Assembly (NCBI GenBank): GCA_038237095.1
Contig: JBBRZB010000001.1
Coordinates: 38,019 to 102,018, forward strand
Source of the DNA: Candidatus Saccharimonadales bacterium
Lineage (GTDB): Bacteria > Patescibacteriota > Saccharimonadia > Saccharimonadales > UBA4665
DNA: 64,000 nt
Reading direction: 5' to 3'
Shown: positions 44,497-54,072 of the stretch, piece by piece
How the letters are laid out: each line of letters opens with the position of its first letter
How positions within the stretch are numbered: position 1 is the first letter of the stretch
The notes under the pieces: generated by a model
What the model saw: only the letters and a program-made list of their open reading frames with translations
What the model was told of the DNA's origin: nothing
The model's database searches: none
Program-made: the position numbers and the translations under genes

Positions 44497-44967
44497 ATGC
44501 TTAAGCAATTAAAGAAATCTAATGAGGGCTTCACCATCATCGAAGTGATGATTGTGCTTGCAATCGCCGGGCTGATCCTATTGATCGTCTTCTTGGCGGT
44601 TCCAGCCTTACAGCGTAACGCTCGAAATACGACACTTAAGAATGATGCATCAGCAATTGCTGGAGGTATTACTGAGTACGTATCTAACAACAACGGCGCA
44701 CAGCCAACAGCATTTGTTCCGGCTGCTCCTGTCTCACCATCGATTACGATTGGTGCTGCAGGTTCGGCACAGGTAATAGCAAAAGTTAACGGTAGTACGA
44801 CTGTTACCACAGTCGCTGCTGTACCAACCGCTGCTAATGTCGGTACTGGTACGATTAAAGTCTATTGGGGCCATGACTGCTCAGGCGTAGCTAACGCTCG
44901 TCAATCAGCGGTCTTCTACGGTATCGAAGCCGCGGGTGGACAAGTAGTAACTTGTATCGCTAGCTAG
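44497..44967 (+). CDS. pilA: major type IV pilin candidate
   Basis: MLKQLKKSNEG|FTIIEVMIVLAIAGLILLIV. Strong SD aaaggggg. Followed by a strong terminator. C-terminal Cys pair. Confidence 0.85.
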   Translation: MLKQLKKSNEGFTIIEVMIVLAIAGLILLIVFLAVPALQRNARNTTLKNDASAIAGGITEYVSNNNGAQPTAFVPAAPVSPSITIGAAGSAQVIAKVNGSTTVTTVAAVPTAANVGTGTIKVYWGHDCSGVANARQSAVFYGIEAAGGQVVTCIAS

Positions 44968-44990
44968 CAATACTTAGAACGCTATAAAAA

Positions 44991-45024
44991 TTAAGAAACG
45001 GCCACAAAAGTGGCCGTTTCTTAA
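44991..45024 (+). terminator. intrinsic terminator after pilA
   Basis: TTAAGAAACGGCCAC-aaaa-GTGGCCGTTTCTTAA, a perfect 15-bp stem. Confidence 0.8.
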
Positions 45025-45076
45025 TGGTACCGCAAGGATTTAATGTCATCAGCGCTCATGTGGTACCATTGAGCTA

Positions 45077-45916
45077 ATGATTATCGTCGTTTTGCTAGTG
45101 TTAGGGCTGTGTTTTGGTAGTTTCGTAAACGCGTTGGTGTGGCGGGTTCACGAGCAAGATACAGAGCACGGAAAGAAGAATCCGAATAAAAAGTATCTCA
45201 AGCAGCTGTCGATAAGCCGCGGTCGTTCAATGTGTTCGCAGTGCCATCACGAACTAGAAGCAAAAGACTTACTTCCGGTCGTTAGTTGGGTGAGCTTAAA
45301 AGGGAAGTGTCGCTACTGTGGTAAGCCGATACCAGATAGCCCTTTAGTAGAACTTGCAACAGCTGGACTTTTTATAGCTTCCTATATCTGGTGGCCGTAC
45401 ACGCTAACGGGACTCAATACGTTGCAGTTTGGCCTGTGGCTGGCTTTATTGGTGGGATTTATGGCCCTGACGGTCTACGATCTGCGTTGGTACTTGTTAC
45501 CTAACCGGTTGATGTACCCGGTGGGAGCTATTGCAGCTGTTTTCGGGCTGATTAGCGTGCATCAAGCGTTTCATCCTTTGACAGCGCTTCTGAGCCTTGT
45601 TTTAGCAGTTGTAATAGGCGGCGGCATATTCTACGTACTATTTCAGATATCAGGTGGTAAGTGGATTGGTGGGGGTGACGTTAAACTGGGCTGGCAACTC
45701 GGGTTGGTTGTTCTAGCGCCAGTGAGGAGCCTACTGTTTATTTTTGTAGCCGCATTGGCCGGTAGTTTGGTTTCTATACCTCTGTTGATGCGGGGTAAGC
45801 TTCAACGCTCGGCAATTATCCCATTTGGCCCATTCTTGATTCTTGGCGCAATCGTCGTCGTGTTGTTTGGCTCAGACATTCTGAGCTGGTATCAGCACTT
45901 GATTATTGTTGGGTGA
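45077..45916 (+). CDS. pilD: prepilin peptidase (A24 family) PilD
   Basis: N-terminal Cys motifs CSQCHHEL...CRYCGKPI. Multi-TM. Motifs GGGDVKLG and IPFGPFL. Confidence 0.9.
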   Translation: MIIVVLLVLGLCFGSFVNALVWRVHEQDTEHGKKNPNKKYLKQLSISRGRSMCSQCHHELEAKDLLPVVSWVSLKGKCRYCGKPIPDSPLVELATAGLFIASYIWWPYTLTGLNTLQFGLWLALLVGFMALTVYDLRWYLLPNRLMYPVGAIAAVFGLISVHQAFHPLTALLSLVLAVVIGGGIFYVLFQISGGKWIGGGDVKLGWQLGLVVLAPVRSLLFIFVAALAGSLVSIPLLMRGKLQRSAIIPFGPFLILGAIVVVLFGSDILSWYQHLIIVG

Positions 45917-45961
45917 TTATCTCTGTTGTTACGAAGTGCTTATGCTATACTTGGAAGTAAC

Positions 45962-46750
45962 ATGAACGGTGGTAAAAAACGTCCCTCCGGCTACACAATT
46001 ATTGAAGTTATGATTGTTCTAGCTGTGTCTGGCTTGATGTTCGCGATTGCCGCTAACTTTATCTCAGGCAAACAAGCCAGAACGTCATTTACGGTCAGTA
46101 CGCACGAGATGAATTCTCGGGTACAGTCAATCATAGATCAGGTTCAGAATGGGCAATTTAGCGATGTGTCATTTGGATGTACCATTCAAGCCGGTAAATT
46201 GAGTATCGACTCGGGTGCGGGTGTTGGGCAAGGGCAGCATCCGAACTGTGTGTTCTTTGGGAAATTCCTGCATGTATCACTCGGCGGTTCATCCGATACT
46301 AAAAAGTATGAAGTTTTTACAATTGGCGGCTCGAACGGGGCAGTTAATTACACGTCGGCCACCCCGATCACTCCCTATACCGCCGGTGCTAGTCCGTTAG
46401 AGCTAACTACGTTCAGTAGCACGCCTCAAGGTGTTGACGTGACCAATGTTAAAGTTACGGTCGGCGTTGTCACACAGACGACATGGGGGATCGGATTCTT
46501 GCAAGATATAACTGCATCGGGTACCGGCACTGGTCGTGTTGTTCTAGCATATGTCCCAGCACCAACGTTTACCAATAAAGAGGCTGAGTCAACGGCAGCC
46601 ACTGCAATCGAGACCAATCTTTTGATTGCAGATTCTGCCGAAATTTGTATGACTGACGGAACGAGGTACGCGGTAATTCAACTGGGCACTAATGGGGCAA
46701 ACCAAACGACCGCTAATCTTAAAGTGTTAGCCACGGGGACAACATGCTAA
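45962..46750 (+). CDS. minor pilin-like protein
   Basis: MNGGKKRPSG|YTIIEVMIVLAVSGLMF, a class III signal peptide. Confidence 0.72.
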   Translation: MNGGKKRPSGYTIIEVMIVLAVSGLMFAIAANFISGKQARTSFTVSTHEMNSRVQSIIDQVQNGQFSDVSFGCTIQAGKLSIDSGAGVGQGQHPNCVFFGKFLHVSLGGSSDTKKYEVFTIGGSNGAVNYTSATPITPYTAGASPLELTTFSSTPQGVDVTNVKVTVGVVTQTTWGIGFLQDITASGTGTGRVVLAYVPAPTFTNKEAESTAATAIETNLLIADSAEICMTDGTRYAVIQLGTNGANQTTANLKVLATGTTC

Positions 46751-47181
46751 AGCTTATTAAAAATAATGCAGGCGACACAATTGTAGAAGTGATGGTCGTT
46801 TTGGCTGTCTTAGGCTTAGCAATTGGTATTTCATACGCTACCGCCAGTCGAAGCCTGACAAACACGCGCAGCTCACAAGAAAACTCTAGCGCTACGGAGT
46901 TATTAAAGTCACAAGTTGAGGTACTCCGTTACTGGGCTGCAGATTTAAATTACGGGGCTTTACCGCCCTCGTTTTGTGTTAATCCTGCGGCTTCGTCGGT
47001 GGGGAGTGTAGTTGTTACAGGTGCGTCATGCAAGAATCTGGACACCTACTATACGGTTGATATTTCTTATCAAGATACAGGCACAAATCCCAATACCTTT
47101 ACCCTCATCGCTACTTGGCAGGATCTACAGCAAAAGGGTTATAAAGACTCGGCAACGCTAGTGTATAGGGTGCATCAATAA
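46744..47181 (+). CDS. minor pilin-like protein with atypical +1 residue
   Basis: MLKLIKNNAG|DTIVEVMVVLAVLGL. Glu at +5 is present, but +1 is Asp. Confidence 0.65.
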   Translation: MLKLIKNNAGDTIVEVMVVLAVLGLAIGISYATASRSLTNTRSSQENSSATELLKSQVEVLRYWAADLNYGALPPSFCVNPAASSVGSVVVTGASCKNLDTYYTVDISYQDTGTNPNTFTLIATWQDLQQKGYKDSATLVYRVHQ

Positions 47182-47834
47182 TGAAGCGACAAGACGGTTT
47201 TACTATCATTGAGCTCATGATCGCAACTTCTATCTTATCGATAATTTTGCTCATGGTCACTGTAGTTATAACTAATATTGGCAACCTGTACTACAAGGGC
47301 ATTAACCAATCAGCTATTCAGAACGATGCGCGTACGATTGTTGGACAGATCTCGGAAGACATCCAATTTTCTGGTAACACGCCCGTAACCTGTATACAAG
47401 CACCATTACCAGGGGCCAACTGTCCGGCCAGTCTGGCGGGTCAAAAAGTTTATGTTACCTGTATTGGCAGCGTACGCTACACCTATGTCCAGAAGGTAAA
47501 ACTTGGAACAAAGATAGGTGCCACCACCTTCAACCATGTTATATGGCGAGATACGCCTAATTCTTGCGATCCTACTACTGGCGCAAACCTTTCTGCGCTA
47601 AATCCGAGCATTGCGGCCTACAAAGGAGCTGAACTTATTTCATCTAACTCGCGTCTGACTAATCTACTCGTCGGTTCAAACCAGCCAACGAGTCTAATAA
47701 TTGGTATCGCGTACGGCGACGACGATTTGCTTAACCTATCCGCTAGCCCCGTAACCTGCAATGGTGGCGCAGGTGATAAATTTTGTGCTACAGCAAATCT
47801 ACAAACAGTAGTCATGCAACGAGTTTCGAACTAG
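47181..47834 (+). CDS. minor pilin-like protein
   Basis: MKRQDG|FTIIELMIATSILSIILL. Confidence 0.72.
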   Translation: MKRQDGFTIIELMIATSILSIILLMVTVVITNIGNLYYKGINQSAIQNDARTIVGQISEDIQFSGNTPVTCIQAPLPGANCPASLAGQKVYVTCIGSVRYTYVQKVKLGTKIGATTFNHVIWRDTPNSCDPTTGANLSALNPSIAAYKGAELISSNSRLTNLLVGSNQPTSLIIGIAYGDDDLLNLSASPVTCNGGAGDKFCATANLQTVVMQRVSN

Positions 47835-47842
47835 GTTACAAT

Positions 47843-49309
47843 ATGCATATGCTTCAAATCAATAAAAATCCAGTAGTGGGCAAGTTAGCAGGCAACCAAC
47901 AGGGTTTCGCCTCAATGGTAATCGGCCTTGTGCTAATCCTTGTTCTGGCGCTTATGACTGTTGGTTTCGCCCAGCTGGCTCGACATGAACAACAGCAGGC
48001 ACTGAGCCACCAACTGTCAACTGCAGCGTACTATGCCGCCGAGTCAGGCATAAATGATGCAGTTAAATCAATCCAGAATGGCATAACTAACCCAGCTGGT
48101 CCAAGCGTTATCACCGAAGCTACTACGGGCGTAGATAGTAATACCTGCCTAACAGGAGGTGGACTGGGTCTCAATTCTGCGCTTGGATCTAGCGCTGGCG
48201 TAGATTTCACCTATAGCTGCGTCATGGTTTCATTTAAGAACGATAATTTGCTCTACAACCCAGCTGCTACGGACAGTGGCCACTCAACATTGACGCATAC
48301 CAACGGGCAGATTAAAAAGCTAACAATTACTTGGAGCAGCAAAGACGGCAAAACTACACCGCGTGGTGATGGTAAGTTTGCTGCCAAATCAGTCTGGACC
48401 TCACCAGCAGTGATTCAATTCAGTATTACACCGATTTCAGCTTATAATCGCCAAAGCCTCATCAATAACACCTACACAGCTTTCCTTTATCCTGGTAACG
48501 GTCCAGGTACATCAGCTTCGGGTAGTTATGGTTCAAATGGGCAATTAGTACAGGCATCAACTTGTAACACAACATGCACATCGACAATTGATATGACAGG
48601 CTCACCAATTCCAGCAGCTGATGCCAATGGTAGCCCGTACCTTGTTCACATAATTGATTTGTACGACGACTCCAAGGCTATCACTATATCCGGTACAGAC
48701 AATGCGGGTAAAGCCTTAACGTTTACTGGTCAGCCATCAGTAGATGTTACTGGTAAGGCCAAAAACGTGCTCAAGCGATTAAGGGTTCGTGTTTCACTCG
48801 ACAGTAACAGCGCATTTAATTACGCGCTTGTAGCTCAAGATATTTGTAAACGAATCGTAACACAGCCCAACATCACGACGTTTGACATTATACCTGGTGC
48901 TCCGTCAGGTGCATGTGACCCTGTACCGATCAACAATACTCCATCTCCTATTAGCCCCAATGGACTAGCTCAAATTGCACCTTGTATGGTTAATTGTTCA
49001 GGGAGTGCCCCTCCTCCTGGTGGTGCCTACCATTGGCAACACACGTTCACGAATGCTTCGCCAGCTGGGCAGGATGCCATAACGACTGGCTGTACTTGGA
49101 CATTTACGGGGAAGCCTAATATAACCACGGCGTGTCTCAGTGGCCAACCTACGCCACCCATCGACTTTAGCAGCCTGGAACCACCTGGGTTCCCGCCGTA
49201 TCCTGATGGCTGTCACTCAATATCAATAACTGCCACTTTGACTGAACACCTGAGTAACGGCACAAACCCCGTTAACACGAAAAAAACGAACGTACCTAGT
49301 TGCTACTAG
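47843..49309 (+). CDS. PilX-N-like large pilus-associated protein
   Basis: The N-terminus ..NQQGFASMVIGLVLILVLALMTVGF (no Glu at +5) resembles the PilX N-terminal domain. 488 aa with a Cys- and Pro-rich C-terminus. Confidence 0.55.
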   Translation: MHMLQINKNPVVGKLAGNQQGFASMVIGLVLILVLALMTVGFAQLARHEQQQALSHQLSTAAYYAAESGINDAVKSIQNGITNPAGPSVITEATTGVDSNTCLTGGGLGLNSALGSSAGVDFTYSCVMVSFKNDNLLYNPAATDSGHSTLTHTNGQIKKLTITWSSKDGKTTPRGDGKFAAKSVWTSPAVIQFSITPISAYNRQSLINNTYTAFLYPGNGPGTSASGSYGSNGQLVQASTCNTTCTSTIDMTGSPIPAADANGSPYLVHIIDLYDDSKAITISGTDNAGKALTFTGQPSVDVTGKAKNVLKRLRVRVSLDSNSAFNYALVAQDICKRIVTQPNITTFDIIPGAPSGACDPVPINNTPSPISPNGLAQIAPCMVNCSGSAPPPGGAYHWQHTFTNASPAGQDAITTGCTWTFTGKPNITTACLSGQPTPPIDFSSLEPPGFPPYPDGCHSISITATLTEHLSNGTNPVNTKKTNVPSCY

Positions 49310-49323
49310 AGTCGCTTGCTTTT

Positions 49324-50247
49324 CTAGTCTGAGGCTGTCTGCTTGTGGTGAAACTTCTCGTGTACGGCCCGTAAATGTGGGTCAGTAACGTGCGTATAAA
49401 TTTGTGTGGTAGCGATGTTACTGTGTCCGAGCATAGCTTGAACGCTACGAATATCAGCGCCATTCATCAGTAAATCGGTCGCAAATGAGTGGCGCAGCGT
49501 ATGTGGGCTGACATGTTTGGTGATACCGGCGAGCAGGGCGTAGCGGGCCACGATGCGTTGCACGCTCCTCGGTGTTAATCGATGGAAGTTACCGCTTAGA
49601 TCAACTTTCTTAGTCCCGCTATAACGGACAAAAAGTGGTTTCGCCGTGTCCTGACGTTTGCTCAAATAGTGTTCAATCCATGTGGCGGCATCTTGGCTAA
49701 TAAAAATTGGGCGATCTTTTTGGCCTTTGCCGCGCACCATAAACTCACGGCGCTTTAAATTAATGTGATCACGGTCTAGCCCCGTTAGTTCACTGACACG
49801 TAAGCCGGAGCTGAACAATAATTCTAATATTGCACGGTCACGCACACCCGCAACTGTTTCGAGATCGGGCTGCTCAAAAATGCGGGCTAACTCCTCGGGC
49901 GTCAAGAAGGTTACTTGTTTGCGCTGGGTGCGCGCCAGTTCGACTTTATCAGCCGAAATCGCTGGGATATCACGTTTAGCACAATATTTGAGGAAGCTGC
50001 GGAGCGCGATTAGATGATAATTCTGTGTCGTTTTACCGAGTTCATCAGAGGTGTTCGTGCCGAGACGGTTCAACCAGAGGCGCCATTTACGTATTAATTC
50101 GGCGTCGATGTCTTTGACTTGTATTTCACCCGCGAAGTCGACTAATCGGGTGAGGTAATGGTCATAATTCTCAATAGTTTTCTGCGAACGGTTCTGTTCG
50201 ATTTCGAGATACTCTAAAAAATCAGTTTTTACTTTTGCAAATAGCAT
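49324..50247 (-). CDS. tyrosine recombinase XerC/XerD family
   Basis: Motifs GLRVSEL and HTLRHSFATDLLMNGADIRSVQAMLGHSNIATTQIYTHV (R-H-R-Y catalytic motifs). Confidence 0.9.
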   Translation of the reverse strand: MLFAKVKTDFLEYLEIEQNRSQKTIENYDHYLTRLVDFAGEIQVKDIDAELIRKWRLWLNRLGTNTSDELGKTTQNYHLIALRSFLKYCAKRDIPAISADKVELARTQRKQVTFLTPEELARIFEQPDLETVAGVRDRAILELLFSSGLRVSELTGLDRDHINLKRREFMVRGKGQKDRPIFISQDAATWIEHYLSKRQDTAKPLFVRYSGTKKVDLSGNFHRLTPRSVQRIVARYALLAGITKHVSPHTLRHSFATDLLMNGADIRSVQAMLGHSNIATTQIYTHVTDPHLRAVHEKFHHKQTASD

Positions 50248-50361
50248 ATGCTTAATTGTAACATTGTACGACGCCGAGAATAGAGCAGTGTGACGTAGCG
50301 CATGGTGACCTCGTGGCCGTATCTGTTACAATTGAGGTACGTAAACAAGGAAAACCGATAC

Positions 50362-50877
50362 ATGGAACGAACTCTTATCATTCTCAAGCCTGACGCTTTG
50401 CAACGCGGCATCGTCGGCGAAATAGTAACCCGATTTGAGCGTGTCGGCCTGAAAATGGTAGCGGCTAAGATTGCCCAACCTGATGAGGCGCATTACTTCC
50501 ATCACTACGAGACAATTGGCAAGATGGTATCGAGGCGAGGGCAAGAGGCTTTTGATGTAACGCTAGCATTCATGCAAAGCGGCCCCGTGTTAGCAATCGT
50601 ACTTGAAGGCATTGAAGCCGTTTCGTTAGTTCGAAAAATGGTTGGCACAACTGAACCTAAAAGTGCGGATCCAGGCACAGTTCGTGGTGACTACGCGCAT
50701 GTTAGCTTTGAATATGCCAACAGCCAAGGCTTAACGATTCCAAATCTGATTCACGCTTCGGGCGATGTCCATGAAGCAGCTCTTGAGATTACCCACTGGT
50801 TTAGCGACGCCGAAATCTATGGCGATTACCAAACCGTACACGAAACCTTCACCCAACCTCGTACCAAAAAGAAATAA
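50362..50877 (+). CDS. ndk: nucleoside diphosphate kinase
   Basis: MERTLIILKPDALQRGIVGEIVTRFE, TVRGDY and NLIHASG (active-site His). Confidence 0.9.
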   Translation: MERTLIILKPDALQRGIVGEIVTRFERVGLKMVAAKIAQPDEAHYFHHYETIGKMVSRRGQEAFDVTLAFMQSGPVLAIVLEGIEAVSLVRKMVGTTEPKSADPGTVRGDYAHVSFEYANSQGLTIPNLIHASGDVHEAALEITHWFSDAEIYGDYQTVHETFTQPRTKKK

Positions 50878-50933
50878 TCTTTTAGGTAGGGGTGACCGAG
50901 CAGGTTATTACGTATACAATAGCCTGCTATGGG

Positions 50934-51008
50934 GTCCCTGTAGTTCAATGGATAAAATAACTCCGTCCTAAGGAGAAGCTGGAGGTTCGAATCCTCCCGG
51001 GGGCACCA
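50934..51008 (+). tRNA. tRNA-Arg(CCU)
   Basis: Manual fold. Acceptor GTCCCTG/CGGGGGC (two G-U pairs). Anticodon loop gTCCTAa. T-arm GGAGG-TTCGAAT-CCTCC. CCA encoded. 4-nt variable loop. Confidence 0.8.
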
Positions 51009-51141
51009 AAATCTTGACCAACTTAGAGACTAGTTGTACGTTCAAATCACAGCAGGGATACTAAGAAAGTATTCGCATTCAGCACTGTAAGTACCGCTGC
51101 TTTGAATAGCATAAGCGTTGATTATGCGATAAAATAGCGCT

Positions 51142-51735
51142 ATGGCAACCGCCAAATCAACACCGCACAAATATTTTGAAGATCAGTTCGACGACGAAGA
51201 AGTTTTATTCGTCTTTCACAAGCACCCCGTGGTTATGCGTAAGGGACTTATATTCGGCATGGCGGCGTGGCTTATCGGGCCAATATATACCGCAACGTTG
51301 ACCTATACCGACAAGAATAATCCACCTACCATGGCATTCTTTGGCGTGAGTCTGCTGGTAAGCATGGCACTCGGACTATTGATCCTTGCCCCCAGCTGGA
51401 TTAGCTGGCACTTTAGTATCTTTATAGTGACCGACCAACGGTTTATCCAGATTACTCAGAAGGGGTTATTCAACCGTGCCGTCGCTGATTTAGGGCTCAC
51501 ACAAATCCAATCCGTCAATTATGAAGTGGCCGGATTGCAGGAAACTCTGCTCGGATTTGGTACAATAAAGATGCAAACATATGTCGGAGACTTGGTAATC
51601 CATGATGTTCATCATCCTGCCAAGATCCAAAAGAAGATTCTAAGCATATTGCGCAGAGAAGGTGTAACGGCCGTGGGAGCCGCCTACCTACCTCAATCAG
51701 ATCAATCGAATAATGAAGAAACCGAAGCTGAATAA
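51142..51735 (+). CDS. membrane protein with bacterial PH (bPH_2/YdbT-like) domain
   Basis: Two TM helices followed by TDQRFIQITQKGLFNRAVADL...GFGTIKMQT. Confidence 0.65.
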   Translation: MATAKSTPHKYFEDQFDDEEVLFVFHKHPVVMRKGLIFGMAAWLIGPIYTATLTYTDKNNPPTMAFFGVSLLVSMALGLLILAPSWISWHFSIFIVTDQRFIQITQKGLFNRAVADLGLTQIQSVNYEVAGLQETLLGFGTIKMQTYVGDLVIHDVHHPAKIQKKILSILRREGVTAVGAAYLPQSDQSNNEETEAE

Positions 51736-52792
51736 ACCAAGCCTCCCGAAGGCTATGCCATTTAAGCGCCGCAAAGCCCCCGAACAGCGGGTGACAGAGG
51801 CGCTTCAAAACGTGCCTCGAATTACCAACGAAACCGTAGCGGAGCACCGTGAAGAGGTCTTGAGCAGCGCGCGCAAGTTTATATATCCTTTGCAGCACTC
51901 CAAGCACCGTGTGGTGCGCATTTCTATCACGATTATCGTGATCGCGTTAATCTCGTTCTTTTTGTACTGTGGCGTGGCAATTTATAAGTTCCAGTCGACA
52001 TCCGGTTTCGTGTATGGCGTTTCTCGTGTCATACCATTCCCAGTGGCCAAAGTTGGACCATCATGGGTAAGCTATGAATCATATTTGTTTGAGCTGCGTC
52101 GCAACATGCACTATTATCACACGCAACAAGGTGTTAACTTCTCGGATAAAGTTGGTAAGACCCAACTGGTTCGCTTAAAACAACAAGCCATGACTCAAGT
52201 TGTGGGTGATGCTGTTGTCAAGCAATTGGCCGCTAAGAACCATGTCACCGTATCCACGCAAGCTGTGAACAATCAAGTAGTACTAGTCAGGGAAGAGAAT
52301 CGGCTTGGTAGTAGCAACCGCGTATTCCAAGACGTACTGAATAAATTCTGGGGCTGGAGCGAAGCCGATTTCAAGCGCGAACTCAAACAACAATTATTGC
52401 AACAAGCCGTTGTGGCTAAGCTCGATACCGCAACCAACCAACGGGCACAAATTGCGCACGTTCAGTTGCAAAATGGTGGCGATTTTGCGGTTGTAGCGGC
52501 AGCTTCATCGGATGACGCGGCTACAAAAGCTAACGGTGGAGCGTATGGCGTGGCAATCACCCCAAGTTACGCCAACTTGTCGCCAATCGTAACTAGTGAA
52601 CTTTTCCGACTGCAGCCTGGCCAGTTATCGGGAGTTATTAACACCGGCTACACGCTTGAAATTCTTAAAGTAACGGACGGTACCGCTGCGAGCGTACACG
52701 CGTCACACATCCAGTTTACCTATAAACCAATCACGGTTTACACTGCACCAGTCCTCTCCAAAAATCAGCCGCACCAGTTTATTAAAGTCTAG
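51713..52792 (+). CDS. membrane-anchored parvulin-type peptidyl-prolyl isomerase (PrsA/PpiD-like)
   Basis: N-terminal TM helix, SurA-like helical region, and a C-terminal PpiC-like segment (GGDFAVVAAASSDD...GYTLEILKV). Confidence 0.65.
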   Translation: MKKPKLNKPSLPKAMPFKRRKAPEQRVTEALQNVPRITNETVAEHREEVLSSARKFIYPLQHSKHRVVRISITIIVIALISFFLYCGVAIYKFQSTSGFVYGVSRVIPFPVAKVGPSWVSYESYLFELRRNMHYYHTQQGVNFSDKVGKTQLVRLKQQAMTQVVGDAVVKQLAAKNHVTVSTQAVNNQVVLVREENRLGSSNRVFQDVLNKFWGWSEADFKRELKQQLLQQAVVAKLDTATNQRAQIAHVQLQNGGDFAVVAAASSDDAATKANGGAYGVAITPSYANLSPIVTSELFRLQPGQLSGVINTGYTLEILKVTDGTAASVHASHIQFTYKPITVYTAPVLSKNQPHQFIKV

Positions 52793-54028
52793 CTATTTAC
52801 CCATGTCATAAATGGCTTGGGTAAAGGTGTTGTAAGCAGTCTGCTCAGGAATATTAATTGCTCCAGGGATATTTATTCCGCCCGTGAAGTCATAGCCGAC
52901 TTGACTTGAACCACTCGTATTCGTGTCAAACACAACGTACATTTTAAGTCTCGGAAAGGTGTTAGCTTTAATCGCAGCAGTGCCGTCAACCCAATAATCA
53001 ATTGCGGTCTGTTGTACACCATTACCACACTTATCTCCGCAACCATACTCTGATAATCCCCACGGCTTTGAAGTATAGTCGTGAGCTGTATCGGAATGAG
53101 TCGACAAGAAATTATAGAAACCAGATATGCCATTAGTAAACTTCTGAGTAGTGCTGCTACCACTGCCATAAGTATCGAAGGTTACCCAATCTACATTATT
53201 GTTCCCAGGCCACATCAGTGGCACCAAACAGTCCCAACCGCTGTAGCCCATGTAGTTCATGACCCAGATTGCGTTTGTGACACCCTTTGCATCAAAGCGT
53301 GCGCGAACAGTGTGCCACATATTCACATAGTCTGTTGGGCTACCATCCGAAGATCCCGGACTGTTACCAGTGCAGTTACCACTCGATACATCGTTTTCTG
53401 GTTCATGGTGAATAGCAAGAAAGATCTTATGTGAGCGATTGGCATTGAAGGTGTCCGCCAACGCATCGATTTGGTTATTGATTGTAGCGTTTGTGCCATT
53501 GGCGTCTACCCATGGTTCGGCCGGCTTATAATTAATTAATAAATACGTGTTAGGTCGGCCAATATAGCCTTGTTCAACTGCTGACAAACTTGTATCGGGA
53601 CCTCTATGATAAATGTGAATTATATCCATCTGGTTGGTTATGGTTGTAGCTGCAGCTGGATTGGATAATACATTTGGATTGTTCATGCGTTTTTCAGCAA
53701 AATCGAATTGGCTGACGGCGTCTTTGGGTACCATCGTGTAACCAGCTGTAGCTTCGCCAACCCAAGGACGACAACTGTTAACCAGTAGCGCGCTCACCGT
53801 ACAAGTTTTCCCACCGGCAGACCCAAACTTTACGGCTTTGCCATTTGAAGCGGTATTGTCAACGAATGCTTGAGCTGGCGAGGCAACAGCACCTAATTCT
53901 GGTTCGTTGGCCACGGTTGGTGTGGCGGCATGGGATAAGATAATAGCGTACACACCCACCAAGGCAAAGAGTGCTATAAATAGAGCTCCAGTAATATATT
54001 TCGGCTGCTTATATTTTCGTTTTTTCAT
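52793..54028 (-). CDS. membrane-anchored glycoside hydrolase, GH26-like (clan GH-A)
   Basis: N-terminal TM anchor. Motifs IFLAIHHEPEND (acid/base region), NAIWVMNY, WPGNNNVDWVTFDTY and WGLSEYG (nucleophile region). Confidence 0.65.
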   Translation of the reverse strand: MKKRKYKQPKYITGALFIALFALVGVYAIILSHAATPTVANEPELGAVASPAQAFVDNTASNGKAVKFGSAGGKTCTVSALLVNSCRPWVGEATAGYTMVPKDAVSQFDFAEKRMNNPNVLSNPAAATTITNQMDIIHIYHRGPDTSLSAVEQGYIGRPNTYLLINYKPAEPWVDANGTNATINNQIDALADTFNANRSHKIFLAIHHEPENDVSSGNCTGNSPGSSDGSPTDYVNMWHTVRARFDAKGVTNAIWVMNYMGYSGWDCLVPLMWPGNNNVDWVTFDTYGSGSSTTQKFTNGISGFYNFLSTHSDTAHDYTSKPWGLSEYGCGDKCGNGVQQTAIDYWVDGTAAIKANTFPRLKMYVVFDTNTSGSSQVGYDFTGGINIPGAINIPEQTAYNTFTQAIYDMGK

Positions 54029-54072
54029 ACTGATTACGTATTATCAACGTAGTTACCTTACTAATCAACATA

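Noticed and set aside
49324-51008. Tyrosine recombinase near tRNA-Arg as an integrase marking a genomic island
   Set aside because: The recombinase has a XerC/XerD-type sequence and length. ndk lies between it and the tRNA. I found no direct repeat of the tRNA 3' end and no phage or mobile genes flanking it.
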